A stretch of 64,000 nucleotides of DNA from Coniocarpon cinnabarinum (Eukaryota): positions 1-64,000 of the forward strand of contig JAVECO010000129.1 of assembly GCA_051942205.1 (NCBI GenBank), read 5' to 3'. Shown piece by piece: positions 1 to 12,958 of the stretch (positions are counted from its first letter, which is position 1; each line of letters opens with the position of its first letter). Below the pieces are notes generated by a model that had not been told where the DNA came from, made no database searches, and was given only the letters and a program-made list of their open reading frames with translations. The position numbers were made by a program, and so were the translations under genes.

Positions 1-1317
1 GGAGGTGGTGGTGGTGTTCGTGGTGATGTTGGAGGAGGAGGAGGAGGAGAAGGGGTGAGATGGATGGATTGATGATTAATCTAGATGACCCAGACGAAAT
101 TTGATTATAGATCATGTCGTGCTAAAAATTTTCGTCTTTGAGATCTGTGTGCGATCTGTTCACTTGGAGATGCCATTCGAGGTATCGCCTCAAGCCTGGC
201 TGAAAGGTTCTACTCGAAGATTTAAATCAAAGTCCTCATGTTGCCTTCCTGCAAAGCTATACTTACCAAACGCCGCCGAGTGCACAGCTTGCGCTGTGGG
301 ATCCCCTCAGGACGGGCCACTATTACTTACTTTCATGTTTGTGCTTTTGAAAATGCCTCGTTCCGGTTTCGTGACCCCTTGCGCCTTGCGACCACCTACC
401 ATTATCGGGATAGGATGCATATAATAGACAGCAACAAGAGAAGGCAGTTTCAGGGCAAATCACATTGAACGAAACCCGAAGCAGGATCTGTATCACGGCA
501 GTACCAATCTTCTTGCTCTATTCTATTCACGCGGTATAATACAGAAGCAAAACCGGTGTAAGCAGGATGCCACACGTCGAACAATAATGTTAAGCTCCGG
601 AGACGGCTTCGCTTGTGCATTGACCGCACAACAGTGTGGCTCAGGTCACAATTCAAGGCAGTGCTTCTTCATGTTAGCAAGGTATGCAAACCCCTCTGTG
701 CATTCACGTAGATCTTACCAGCGAGCACGAGTGACTCTTTTGCTTTCCATGCTATTGCATCACAAAGCGTTTCCAGCAGCCATACTTTACCTAGAGGTGT
801 TTGAACTGTTTTTAAACGCTTTCGTTCAACTTCAATCCGTGCTTTCGCAAATGCTAATGAGCCAATTGCCTTAGCCACATGTTTGAGCCAATGCTACGGC
901 TAATCTCCAACTTGGTGGAGTGCAAGGGATGGATGCTGAAGATTGTTGTTGATGATCCTGTTCCGCATTTGGACTTCGTTTCGAACGAGGTCCGTGAGAA
1001 GGGTTCGCTGATCATTGCCTAGCGACAATCTCGATAATACTTTCTCTCATTAACCTAGCCTAAAGACGTTTGTCCAGACTAGCGCCCGTTTGAAAGTTAA
1101 GTTCTGCGGTTGCTGGTTCAAGTCTTGGTCGATTGCTGGTGTAGGTGATGCGAAAATGATCATACTCAACGAATTGAAAGAATTGCAACGATACTGAAGT
1201 ATCTTAACTAGGCCGTTGGACAGCCTGAAGTCTGAGACAACCGATGGTAAAGCTACCATCTTGATGCAGCATCCTTTTTACAATAATAATGTTTCATCAT
1301 GCCAAAACGCTTCGATG

Positions 1318-2676
1318 TCAATGGACTTTTTGGTAGAACAACAAGTAGCACTCGCGTTGCAAGCCCAAGATATCTTGAGTATCACAACTGCGGACTTTAG
1401 CATCACTTATGCCCCACCATTGATCATGGTGTCGCCTCATCTTCTTTCTGGCTTCCAGTGCCGAAGACAGACTCTTTTTCCCACCATCAGACTGGGGCTG
1501 ACCGCTGCTCTGAGGATGCGTAAGCCTTCTGAAGGTCTCGTAGTGGCCACTGTTGTGACCACCGCGATGCGTGACCACGCTAACAAGGCGATACATGTGT
1601 CTGTCAGCAGTTCCAAGCGCTAGATCCATTTCGAAACTGACACTAGCGGTGTTCTTAGATGACTGAGATGCAAAAAGTGATCGCGAGAGGTGTACCACCA
1701 GTATCTCTGGATACTTGGCGATGCGAGTGTGCTTAGTTATCTTCCGCCTCGGCGCTGTATGCCCTGCAGCAAAGAGGGCATCGTCCGCCATCTGCTCAGG
1801 ATCGTTCTCGAGCGCGTCTTTGGCATCGCTGACCTCTTTCGAGGTCTTTTCGAGGGCCGAGCCGCTCTGGCTCGCCATCTGGCGCACCTTTGCTGAAATG
1901 ATGGACTGCAGCTTGCACTTTGCGCAAATATAGTCATCGATCACCTCCTGCTTAAGAAGCCCATCGAAACAGGAGTCAACGCTGGTATTACCTTGCTGGG
2001 GAACATTCAACGAAAGCACGAAGAACCTGGAGGTCGTCACGGTTGGTTGATAATGGCAGTGCATGCATTCAATCTGCGACTGGAGCTCTCCCTGGATAGG
2101 GAATGGAGCAGGATGAGGCTTCCCATTCAGCTCACAGTTGCTCTCACGAGCTCTCGCCTCGTCGTCTAGCTTTTCTATGACAAATTGCAGGAGCTCTTGC
2201 GCGTCCTGCTGGCGACGGCTCAGTCTGGCTTTGAAAGCACGTTCCAGAGCGCGAATAAAGTCCTTGTTCGAGATTGTCTGACCCTTTATAGAGGGATCAG
2301 TGAGTCTTTCAAGCAACTGCGAAAGTGCTCGTGTGACAAGGTTTTCTTCATTGCTGGTGCTCTCCTTGGACTCGACAAGGTCTTCGAAAGAAGATGCACG
2401 GATATTGACTTCTCCCTCGGATTGAGCAGCCACGCAGCTCGTCGCCAGAGCATCACGCAGGTACTTCCTCAGCTTCGCCGACGCCGCAAGGGCCTGCAGC
2501 ACCGAATTGACGAAGCAATCATTCCCAGCATTGACTAGTCCCACAGCTCCACGCTTGCTCAGGCCTTGGTATCCCTCATTCGGAACGAGCGAGGGCCCAA
2601 AGACGTAGAAGAGGGCAGCGGCCGCCAGAGACGCACCAATGGTATAGCGGAGCAGGGTGGCTCGGTCACTAGCCAT
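1318..2676 (-). CDS. Ubiquitin-specific protease (peptidase C19) with N-terminal membrane anchor, UBP16/USP30-like
   Basis: 452-aa intronless ORF; hydrophobic N-terminus (YTIGASLAAAALFYVFG), Cys box GLVNAGNDCFVNSVLQAL, QQDAQE, His box VVTHRGGHNSGHY, terminal WWGISD...YLLFY. Confidence 0.9.
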   Translation of the reverse strand: MASDRATLLRYTIGASLAAAALFYVFGPSLVPNEGYQGLSKRGAVGLVNAGNDCFVNSVLQALAASAKLRKYLRDALATSCVAAQSEGEVNIRASSFEDLVESKESTSNEENLVTRALSQLLERLTDPSIKGQTISNKDFIRALERAFKARLSRRQQDAQELLQFVIEKLDDEARARESNCELNGKPHPAPFPIQGELQSQIECMHCHYQPTVTTSRFFVLSLNVPQQGNTSVDSCFDGLLKQEVIDDYICAKCKLQSIISAKVRQMASQSGSALEKTSKEVSDAKDALENDPEQMADDALFAAGHTAPRRKITKHTRIAKYPEILVVHLSRSLFASQSSKNTASVSFEMDLALGTADRHMYRLVSVVTHRGGHNSGHYETFRRLTHPQSSGQPQSDGGKKSLSSALEARKKMRRHHDQWWGISDAKVRSCDTQDILGLQRECYLLFYQKVH

Positions 2677-3093
2677 GCTCAGGAGGCAGCGGTAGAGTGG
2701 TGCTCCATCTCCACACTAAGGACGTCGCAGGAGAGCTGCCGGGCAATAAGCAGCCCGAGTCATCCCGAGTGTCTGCAGTGAGCAGCAGTGATGAATTGTA
2801 GATGGTGGTAAGAGAGACAACAGGCGCGAAGAAAAGCCGGGAGAAGCCCCCACGAGACCCCCTGGCAACCACTAAAGAAGGCCTCGGAAACCAGGCTGCC
2901 AATGACGTTGGGCCCCGCCTTCGTCACTCCCCCTTTCAATGTCTCGCGGGGCTTTTTCTTCGGCTGTGCCTGTCTACCTACCTTTGGTCTTCTCTCTCTC
3001 ATCCTTTGTCTGCTGTGCAGCTTTTGACACTCTACAACCGCCGGAGGACAGTAATTGTCCACTCTTTTACAGAGAGCGTGTACTGCATCCACC

Positions 3094-4358
3094 ATGGGTG
3101 CCGCCGACGTCTTGAGCCGCAAGTCCGGCGTCATCTACGGCGATGATGTCCTCAAACTCTTCAACTACGCTCAAGAGCACAACTTTGCCATTCCCGCCAT
3201 CAACGTCACATCCTCTTCGACCGTCGTCGGCTCATTAGAGGCTGCGCGAGACCGGAAAGCTCCCATCATTTTGCAGGTGTCGCAAGGCGGGGCTGCCTAT
3301 TTCTCTGGAAAGGTGCGGTCATTTTCCACCGACCCGGCGTTAACCGTCTTTGCTACGGTTGTTGAGCCTGGAGATGAATTTCGTTGACATGCCACACAGG
3401 GTGTCGACAACAAAGATCAATCTGCGTCCATCAATGGCTCTGTCGCTGCCGCCCACTACATCCGGGCTGTCGCGCCTCAGTACGGCATCCCCGTTGTGCT
3501 GCACACCGACCACTGCGCCAAGAAGCTGCTCCCCTGGCTCGACGGCATGCTCGACGCCGACGAGAAGCAGTTCAAAACCACCGGCGAGCCCCTCTACAGT
3601 TCGCACATGATCGACCTGTCGGAAGAGCCCGTCGACTACAACATCAAGACGACTGCCTCGTACCTGAAGCGCATGGCACCCATGAAGCAATGGCTCGAGA
3701 TGGTCAGTCAGCCGACATTTCCTGAATCTTCTTGATATGCTGTCCTCTGCACTTGTGTTCAGACACTCTCGTGACTGTGTACTGACATTTCTCACAGGAA
3801 ATCGGCATCACCGGCGGCGAAGAAGACGGCGTGAACAACGAATCCGTCGACAACGCCTCTCTGTACACCCAACCCGAAGACATCTACGAAATCTACAAGA
3901 CCCTCCACCCCATCAGCCCCTATTTCTCCATCGCCGCCGGCTTCGGCAACGTCCACGGCGTCTACAAGCCCGGCAACGTAAAGCTCCACCCCGAGTTGCT
4001 CGCCAAGCACCAAGCGCACGTCAAGCAGCAAGTCAGTTCCAAAACGGACAAACCCGTCTACCTCGTGTTCCACGGCGGGTCCGGCAGCGGCAAGAAAGAG
4101 TACACGGACGCGATTGGGTACGGTGTTGTCAAGGTGAATATGGACACGGATTTGCAGTGGGCGTATACGTGTGGGATTCGGGACTATATGCTGGGCAAGG
4201 CGGATTATGTCAAGACGCAGGTGGGGAACCCGGAGGGCGCGGATAAGCCGAATAAGAAGTATTATGATCCGCGCGTGTGGGTGCGTGAGGGGGAGAAGAC
4301 GATGACGAAGCGGGTGCAGGAGGCGTTGGATGATTTCAATGCGAGTGGTCATGTTTAG
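3094..4358 (+). CDS. FBA1: Fructose-bisphosphate aldolase class II (exons ~3094-3312, 3400-3702, 3798-4358)
   Basis: Spliced frames give FAIPAINV, LHTDHCAKK, SSHMIDLSE, EIGITGGEEDGV, FGNVHGVYKPG, VFHGGSGS, KKYYDPRVW; canonical GT..AG introns. Confidence 0.97.
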
Positions 4359-5763
4359 AGGTTGCTAGCTGTTGATGTGCTGGTTGTGTGAATACTATGA
4401 TAGTGAGGCATTGACGATAGGTCGGAAGGCTTGCACGTAAGTGCTTACCTAGTTTATGTGTTGGATTGCTGTGATTGGGAACAAGCAGTGAAGAGCAAGG
4501 TGTTGGAAGCTGCAGTAGGTATTCATTGATAAAATTGATAGAAAGCGATGCTCGTCGCCAAAATATATGAAGCGAAATCTGCAGAATGCTGATGTGAAGC
4601 ATCGCGCTCGCTTAGCATCGGAATGGATCTGTTTGCTCATCTGCAGATCCCAAGTCACGCGTGTTGTAGAAAAACAAGTGTCTAGTGATGCAATCCTTGA
4701 GACTTGCTGTGCTGTTCCGGTCATTGTCCGTCCTCAAAGGAAGCCAGTCAGTCGCGCTCGGGTGTACTGACGACGCTTGACCTGAAATCTGCGTAGTCCG
4801 AGTAAATAAATAGTACTTTGTCTCTGGCGAGGTTCATGCTGCCTCAAATCGTTTCTCTGCCTTATCCCGCCCCTAGCGCCACTTGTCAGGGCCACCAGAA
4901 TCGTGCACAATCTAGCGACGTGATTTCATTGGGCTACTCCGCCTTTGACGTCGCAATTTGCCACACCAGCACCAGACGCGTATCAACATTTGTGCAAATA
5001 CAGCTTGAATTAGTCACATGTTTCGACAGTCCGGTGTTGAACATTCTGGGTGCCTGAACATTGCTCTTTGTCGAGTATGCACTGCTTCTCTTGGTTTTCG
5101 ATCGACTATCTTGGTGACGCGCGGTTGCATGCACATTTTCTGGTCTGCGTTGTGCCATTTGATGTTGGCCCTCTCGCATTCCTGAGTCACAGTGTAGGTA
5201 ATGTGGCCGAGTGCACATCGGGAACGCTCGACTAGGCACATGGTGATGTTGATTGGTACGAATGTCCAGAATATGTTCCTTGTGTAAAGATTCGCTGTAA
5301 TGTATGCGTGGTGACACCATGATGAAGGACGGCACGGCTGTATTTGAATCCACAACTCCCGCTGAACCATGTTCGTTGTAAATTTCCACTTGTGGAGTTT
5401 TCTCTTGCTCTGCAGTTTGTTCCCATTTTTCTGAAATACCAAACAGCTTTGTTGGAGTGTTGACAAGCTGCTTGCACCTGCCATACTCGTGACAATGCAA
5501 TCCAGATGGCAATAGCATTCGCTGTATGCTCGTCCACTGATTGGTCTTTGGTATTTTTTGAATGCGCTTTGCCACTATTGTATCGTATTTCTCGTGGTGT
5601 CTCGTCTGCGCTCTCTCCGCCGGTATCACAATCAGATCTGTGCATATCGTAGCAAACGCAAGGATGCGAAGGCGCGTTCTTTTCCTAATTGTCGCTGACT
5701 AAAGAAAGTACAGTAGTATCATAGTCTTTTGCGCTGTGATTGCCCCATTACATTATAATGCTT

Positions 5764-6368
5764 TCATTCTGCGTCGACAAAATTGTTTGCCAAAGTTCCA
5801 AACCAGGGAAGTTCGAAGCGGCCAAGTGAATCAGCTGAAGGAAGTCAGCATGCTTGCTGCTATGACGCATCGAAAACCGATCTCACCATCGTTATATGCA
5901 TGCCATGTGAGAAATGCAATGAGCACCAGGTCCACCACTAGCAAAATGTACGACACCACAGCCGTAAAGGAGAATATGAGATGCAGACCAAACAGCGCAG
6001 TGAAAAGTAAGCTAGACTGCCACGCGTGGAAGCTATGTAAGTCGTTAGTATTCACTTGCAACGGAATTCATGCACAAGATTCAAGCATACCGCACGTAAT
6101 CACTCTTATGTTCTAGCATCAGCAGAATTGCGCCTCCAGCAGGCGGAAGACCCAGATACGCCAGCGCTGCTTCTACCTCAAGTCGCATGGGTAGGCTTGT
6201 GCTGTATGGATCTACGGCACGCTCTTCCATGTTGCCAAAGCCGGTTGTTGACACGTTGGGACCTGACTCAACATCGTCGTGATAGGGAGTTTGCTGACGA
6301 GCAGTAGGGTCGCGTTCGAGTGGGTCATCGGGCTCATGAGATTCATCTTGATACGACTGATAGCTCAT
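5764..6368 (-). CDS. Small conserved fungal multi-pass membrane protein (3 exons), function unknown
   Basis: MSYQSY...AALAYLGLPPAGGAILLMLEHKSDYVR / FHAWQSSLLF...TWHAYND / ADSLGRFELPWFGTLANNFVDAE*; two GT-AG introns join the ORF fragments; LAY..P and VRFHAWQS motifs resemble DUF4870-type proteins. Confidence 0.75.
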
Positions 6369-6792
6369 TTTGACGGCTGCAGCTGGGAGGCGGTAGGCTG
6401 AGTGTGGAAAACTTCAGTCGCGAAGTTGGCAAGGAGCTGCGAAGTAGGTAGGTACTCACGTACTTTCAAGCTTCCATGCCGAGCTCAACACACTATGTAG
6501 GGCTGCTAGCGTGTCATGCATGTGCGTGGCAGGGTGAGTTTTCTAAAGTTCTTCCAAAACGCAAAGGTTCAACGCAAAGTGTCGTCACGCCTGATCAAAG
6601 TTTGCTTTCATTAGATTGGGCAAAACCAAGACACAGGCGCTGTGAAAGCTGCTTAGGTATATCATGTACGAACAACCAATAGTCATGTGTGAAGTAACGT
6701 AAGCATTTGTGAAACGAGCACTCAATTCACTGTGTTAGCCAAGGTCAACAGACGCTGCTCAATATCTCCAACCTGCAAGTCGCTGATGTAGG

Positions 6793-7971
6793 TCACTCAA
6801 AGTGCTGGATGATTGCCAACGCCACAGTAACTAAAGCAGCCATCATACTCCCAAATGCCATCGCCGCATCCCAGCTCTTAGTCAACACTTTCCATAGAAC
6901 AACCAGCAACCACGTCGTCGAGACTACGACAGCAATTAGCATTGTCGCAAACCGCGCATTGTGTCCGTTGACTGTGAAATGCAGTCCATTCAAAGTATCT
7001 GTCCCCTGATATGTTGTATTCTTCGCCGTAATGCTAATACCTTCTTTTACACTAAAAGCATGATCATCAGTCGCGCACCGCATAGAGCTGTGACACTTGA
7101 CGCCGATCGCAACATACCTCCTGTCATATATAAAGCTGTCTTGAGCCATGCCGGACAAAGTATGCATCCCATTAGCTTCTTCAGGCTTAATGACACATCG
7201 TCGCAGCAGATCAAGACATGCAAGTTTCTTCTTACGCTTCCTGGCATCTTCTACTTTCTCTAATACGCATTTATGTGCGAACTCGTTGATGAAGACCCAG
7301 CATTTGTCACTGTGGTAGTTTAGCATCAGGCATGCATCTCCGAACCTGGAATCAACTTCGTTTGGTTCCTGTGCAATTACGCTGTCAGCGTCTCGCGCTG
7401 CTCCGTCAAGATTTACAAATGATCTATGGATAGTGAAGGTAGAGTCGCAGTTCTGAGAACCGACGAAACCGAACTAGATATCGAGTAAGCCTTGCTTGCT
7501 ATACCTGAAACCGTTCACAAGCTCTACCCTAATTTCCCTCGCGGCTTTGATCCCATAGAATGGCATGTACCTGTACCAAAGTGGCTGCCTCTCTAGATAC
7601 GCATGTTGTATTCTCTGGTATATAGCGGAATCGCACTCACACGCCATCTCTTGATCGCTCATTGGATCGGCATGATGAGTGTTGAAGCGTAGCCATGTCG
7701 AAGGCCGCCTAAAATCAATTTTAATAGCTCTATCAATGGACTCGTCTGGGCCCCAGCAAATGAAACAGCATTGTTTCGCTGAATTTTCGCATGCTTGGCC
7801 TTCCGAGGATCTCCGCAGCGACTTCAAGTCGCTCATAATAGTCGAAATAGTGCTTGCTTGTCCGGTGCGGGCGTCTGCGACGGCGTGCAAAGCGGTTGTG
7901 AAGCAACTGAATACAGCGGACATCTGATTCAATGCCCATGAGCGGCGTGGCTCATGGAGTGACAGGTCCAT
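6793..7971 (-). CDS. Hypothetical protein with two C-terminal transmembrane helices (2 exons)
   Basis: ORFs 7474-7995 and 6793-7326 join in frame through an intron ending at 7474 (REIR|FGFVG...MLNY); hydrophobic C-terminus; start codon uncertain. Confidence 0.55.
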
Positions 7972-8349
7972 CAAAGATCGTCTATGATTCTCCAACGTGC
8001 TGCAAACAGTTTGAATGGGCCGATGCTCATCCTCAATTAAAAGGTCGACTTATTGCAGACATTAAAACGGAGAACTCCTTGTGAGGCCGGTGACGCGCAC
8101 AGCATGCAAGGCGTCAAGGCAATGAGGCAACTGCGCTGGCAGGCAACCAGGGCTGAGACAATTCCACGTCATGCGTGAATTTCGACAGAACAAATGCTGT
8201 TCATGAATCAATGATAAGGAAGCTTGCGCATTGCTCATATCTCTCTATCTATCATTTGCATTATGCGTGAAATGTCGGAAGTTCTCCGTTGCGCAAAACC
8301 AAGTGCTGGTCTTCGCAGGCAAGATTCCGATGAATGTGTCAGTTGCTGA

Positions 8350-8697
8350 TCACGTCCTGAACACGAGATTCCAAAACTTTGGACTCTTAAGACTGTACAG
8401 CTCCTTCTCGCGTTGCTTTCGCAAACGGCGCTCGTCTTCGGTCTCGTCCACTGGGCGTTCGGCGATGAAACTGATGCTGCGGCGCCAGATGCTCGAGGTA
8501 GTTGACCTGATGGAAGCTCTCCTTGAAGAAGACCGGGAGCCACCTTGCAAGGGCGTGGGATCTGGCCGTGTTGTGGAGACCTCTCGTCTGGATCTGCGTC
8601 AAAGAGTATGTCATTTCAGGTGGCTCATTGATACTCACGTGAGGGGCTCTTGCTCAATGGTCGAAGTATACGTAGAGAACTTGATGTTGTATGCCAT
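8350..8697 (-). CDS. Small Ser/Arg-rich hypothetical protein (~100 aa, 2 exons)
   Basis: ATG at 8697 (MAYNIKFSTYTSTIEQEPL), GTGAGT donor and TTGACGCAG acceptor put it in frame with ...GGSRSSSRRASIRS...KELYSLKSPKFWNLVFRT*. Confidence 0.4.
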
Positions 8698-10411
8698 TCT
8701 GGTAACCGTGTGGCCAGGCTGAAAGTTCTTGCTTCAATGAAGTAGGCCTAATGGATGATGATGATGTCGCGGGATATGGCGCGTGAAACTTTACAGAGGG
8801 TCTGGATGGCCGTGCAGAAAGAGGGTATCTTCTGTCAAACGCCTCAGTTATAGGATGAAAGAGAGTGTAGACTTCAACGGGAGAAGGAAGAGACATGCTT
8901 ATGTAGACGGACCATCGCGTCAGACGACGAAAACTCTCACTTTCACACGGGAAAACGTTGACGAATAGCTCCATAGCTTCTTTGTGGCTGCCTGCATCCT
9001 TCGCGAAGTCTCCGATAGATCGAGAGTTTGAAAACGCAAGAGCACGGTGGCTGCCAAAGGACAAATCTGGATCTGGGGATAGCCAAACAAAGAGAACGTT
9101 TATGCAGTGGTCGCCGACGCCGCAAAAGGAGCGCTGAGGCTTTGTCCATTAGCGACGGATGGTCAAATCAACCGAAGCGTGAGAGACAGCCAAGCACCAT
9201 GAGCGCTGCCCGTGGTAGGCCGACGATGCACGGTGACGATGCATATTTGCTTAGGCGGGCCGCAGGCGGTTGATTGTTATCAAGCTGTGAGCCGACACGA
9301 AGTGAGCCTTGCTCAAGATTGACTAAGCCCAAGCCGTAGCCTCGCTGCCGAAAGTCATTTTGCTGTTGGCTTTGATGCGCGCTGTCGTCGGTGATGAAAA
9401 AGATACTGATGAAAATGTATGGGGTAGCTCATCTTGCGACTCATTCTTTTGCAGACTGGCTCATTCAGTCCTGTGGAAGACGTGCACATGTCACAGTGTT
9501 GATAGTGGTGGTGAAGTCAGTCAACAGTGATTACAAGAGTGAGTTTACCAAGTGGGAGCCGGCGCCGGGTGGTGTCGAATCAGCGTCCTCAGCGTGGCAC
9601 GCATCCCATTTTTGGACACGGGCGCAGCAAAGAACAATCCGCTTTGGGCAGGCTAGGCGAGCTGACGCCCTGCAGCATCGTAGGGCGTATAAGGCTGTTC
9701 TAGACTTGGCCTCCTGTTCAACGCTTCGCTGTCTTTCACCATGTTTGATTCTGCTGTCAAGGCTGTGCACCAAAGTACGCTGCTGGGCCAGTTGACATGC
9801 GCGACACGTACTTCTTTTCCAGACGGGCACACGCTAATAAGCGAGGCGGTGAGAGATGCGCGTGGCTGATGCGTTGATGATGAACAGATGCGAGTCTAGA
9901 GCAAGAGTAGAGCTGTCATGGACGCAGCGCACCTTCGATAGGCGATACCAGGTGTTGCAAGAGATGGGCATCAAGCGGACAGCAGTGGGTCACGCGACCG
10001 AGGGAGAGAATGAGTCGGCTACCCGAAATTTTGGGCAACAACCTAATAGCTTTAGAAAATGATGGCTTTCAGGCTCTCACAAAGCACCTTTGTAGAGCAT
10101 AGGCTCTCTGGACGTGAAAACAAACCGCGATGCCATCTTCGCATGCCAATTTGATTCCACGCCCGCAGCAGCAAGGCAGTCACGGCAGGGTGTGCAACTT
10201 GGAAACTGTAATACTGTTGCCGTTTTGGGGTTTCTGTGATAGGCCATATCTCCATCGCAACAACCGACGTCACATGATATAAACAGCCCGATAGGCAGCA
10301 CTGGCCTTTGCCTAGGCGGGTCTCCCTCAGATTGCTTTTCACAATCTCGTTCCACAACTTTCTTTCCTTCAAGTCGCTCCTTGTATTCGCTTCACCATAC
10401 TACAGATCCAA

Positions 10412-12635
10412 ATGGATACCGATACGGATTTTCTTTCGCCGGACTTTGATCCTCAAGAGGTCACAGTCCCCCGCTTGCGATCAATCTTGCTTGCGCAAAA
10501 CATTTCATACCCGTCAACAGCTAAAAAACCGCAACTAGTCCAGATCTTCAATCAGCATGTCGCACCTCGCACCAAGAAGCTTCGCCGAGCTCGGGAGAAG
10601 ACGCAACCGAGCACTCGCGGCATCGAAGATTTGTCTGTAACCGGTGATAGAGAAGATGCTGTTGCTGCGTCAATCGAAGAAACCCCTCGCCGCTCGACAA
10701 GGAAATCTATGGCTTCACAGACTGGCATGAATGGTAGCGCCACTTCCTCACGGCGGACATCTGCGGCTCTTTCTTCTCGCGCAACAACTGAAGACCGTTC
10801 GCGCGCGGGAACGTCAGATCGAGATTCGTTGGACCGGCAATCCGCAGCGCATCGTAGACGCACACGATACAGCGCTGTTGCACCAGCCATAAAGGAGGAG
10901 GAAGAGACTGAGGAAGAAATAGGAGCACTCGATCCAGACGAGAGCAACTTTTCAACTGAGAACCCTTTTCAGAGCGGCAGTTCACCCCTAGTCGACTCAG
11001 AAACCACCACGGGAGCGAATCGGCGACGCACTGTTGGTTCCTCGTCTCACGCGGTAGAAAAGCCACGTAAAAAGACGCCGCGCAAGACCGACACCGCGTT
11101 CGAGATGCAGAGTCGACGCCAGAAGCTCAAGGAGCCAAGTCCAGCGCCAATCCCATCAGAACCTTCTGAGATAGACGAAGATGATGAGGACACCGACGAG
11201 GGCGCAAGTGACACGGGTGAAGAGTTCACTCAAGAGGAACAAGACGAGCTCAACACGGAGCGAGCGCTTACTGGTAAAAAGGACCTGTTGCCGGCTCGGC
11301 GCAAGAAGTCTCAGCGAAGTGTCACTAGTCCGCTCAAGATTGCACCATTTGCGATCTTGTCGGCACTTCTGGGTGGCGTCGCAACAATCTGGCGTCAGGA
11401 AAAGCTTAACGTCGGTTATTGCGGTATTGGGCGTCCGTCAATTGCAATTGGTGGGGTCGAGGTTCCTGACTGGGCCGAGTTCATACGACCGACATGCGAG
11501 CCGTGTCCACCTCACGCCTATTGTTTCCAACAGCTCATTACGCAATGTGAGCCAGATTTCGTTCTTCAGCAACATCCACTCTCTTTGGGAGGGGTTTTGC
11601 CCTTGCCACCATCGTGCGAGCCGGACGGCGAGAAAGCTCGCAAAGTTCAAGCAGTGGTTGCTCGAGCGGTGGGCGAGCTGCGTGATAGGAACGCTGAGTA
11701 CGAATGTGGGACACTGCGTGACGAGAATGGCCGTCGCGTCGGCTCTGCGGAGCTTTCGGAAGACGAGTTGAAAAACAAAGTCTCGACCAAACGCCGTCGA
11801 GGAATGTCGCAGGACGAATTTGAAGATCTGTGGACAGGAGCTGTTGGCGAAATTTTGGAGAAGGATGAGGTGGTGAAGGGGCATGACGGGTGAGTACATC
11901 TTTTTTCTGTGCCAATTTTCTGCTTCTTTGCCCGCATTCTCCTCCATTCGTCTTCTTTATCATATTTAATGGAATACTTTTCTGACTGAACGTCTGACTG
12001 ACCAGACTCTTTGCGCAATCAGACTCTTCAAACACCGAACGCTTCGATCAACCTCCCTCGCCTCAATCCCCTTCACCTGCGCCATCCGACGATCAATCCG
12101 CCTCACGTTGGCAAGATATCTTTGGAAGATTAGCGGAGTGATGACAGTGTTGGCTGCTGTCGCTTATGCGAGGTTCTCAATCACCAGCAACCGTGCATCC
12201 GAAGAAAAAGCTAAGCAGCTGGCCTCGTTTGCGATGGACCGATTGGCGACCAGGGCCGTGCAACACGTGCAGTCACCTAACAGATTCCCAGAAGCTTACA
12301 TCAGCATGGGTCAGCTTCGAGATGATGTGCTCCGGGACGAATTCTCCTCACGCACACGACAAAAACTCTGGAAAAAGGTGCAGAGCAAAGTCGAGAACAA
12401 CTCGAACGTGCGCTCAATGGTTAGGGAGAGCAGGGCAGGAGAGGTGAGCCGGGTTTGGGAGTGGATAGGAGCTGTAGCCGCAGTGGAAGAGGGCACCCCG
12501 GAAGTTGCCTCGAGCCCAGCCGGACCACCCGAGAGTAGTCCTCTCGGACGTCTTGAAGGCTCAAGCCGGCGGCAAAGTGGTCAAGAAGGGATGAGAGAGT
12601 TTAGGAAATGGGACGAAGGACGAGCAATCTACTAA
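10412..12635 (+). CDS. SRC1: Inner nuclear membrane LEM/HeH-MSC protein, Src1/Heh1 family (exons 10412-11889, 12023-12635)
   Basis: N-terminal HeH motif (FDPQEVTVPRLRSILL...KKPQLVQIF), TM helix, luminal Cys region (CEPCPPHAYC...CEPD), second TM, C-terminal MSC ending SRVWEWIG. Confidence 0.92.
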
Positions 12636-12958
12636 TTCGGAGTTTGATGCGTGATCGATGATGATCGTTGTCAGCATTATATACCCTTTGTCAGAGTATG
12701 ACAGCATGCAGAATCTCAATGAACTTTACGAATTGTGATAATTTTCCAATTGCAGATGACTGCACTTCCTCTGTTTTGAGGCTCTTTCGTCCATAACATA
12801 GCTGCAAATCAGCTAGAATCCATTTTATCGTGTGCCTTGCAGTGCCAAGAAATCATCTACGCGTCAGTACGCGTTTCTTCATCCGATGGAAGTCACTACA
12901 AGCTTTGACTTCCTCCCTAACCACTAAATCTACCAGCAACACACGAACATAGTCCTCA

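Noticed and set aside
1..1300. GGA/GGT microsatellite and short ORFs at the window start
   Set aside because: No supportable coding signal; probably UTR or intergenic sequence
4934..5629. 231-aa minus-strand ORF
   Set aside because: Non-ATG start, no recognisable motif or splice support; not called
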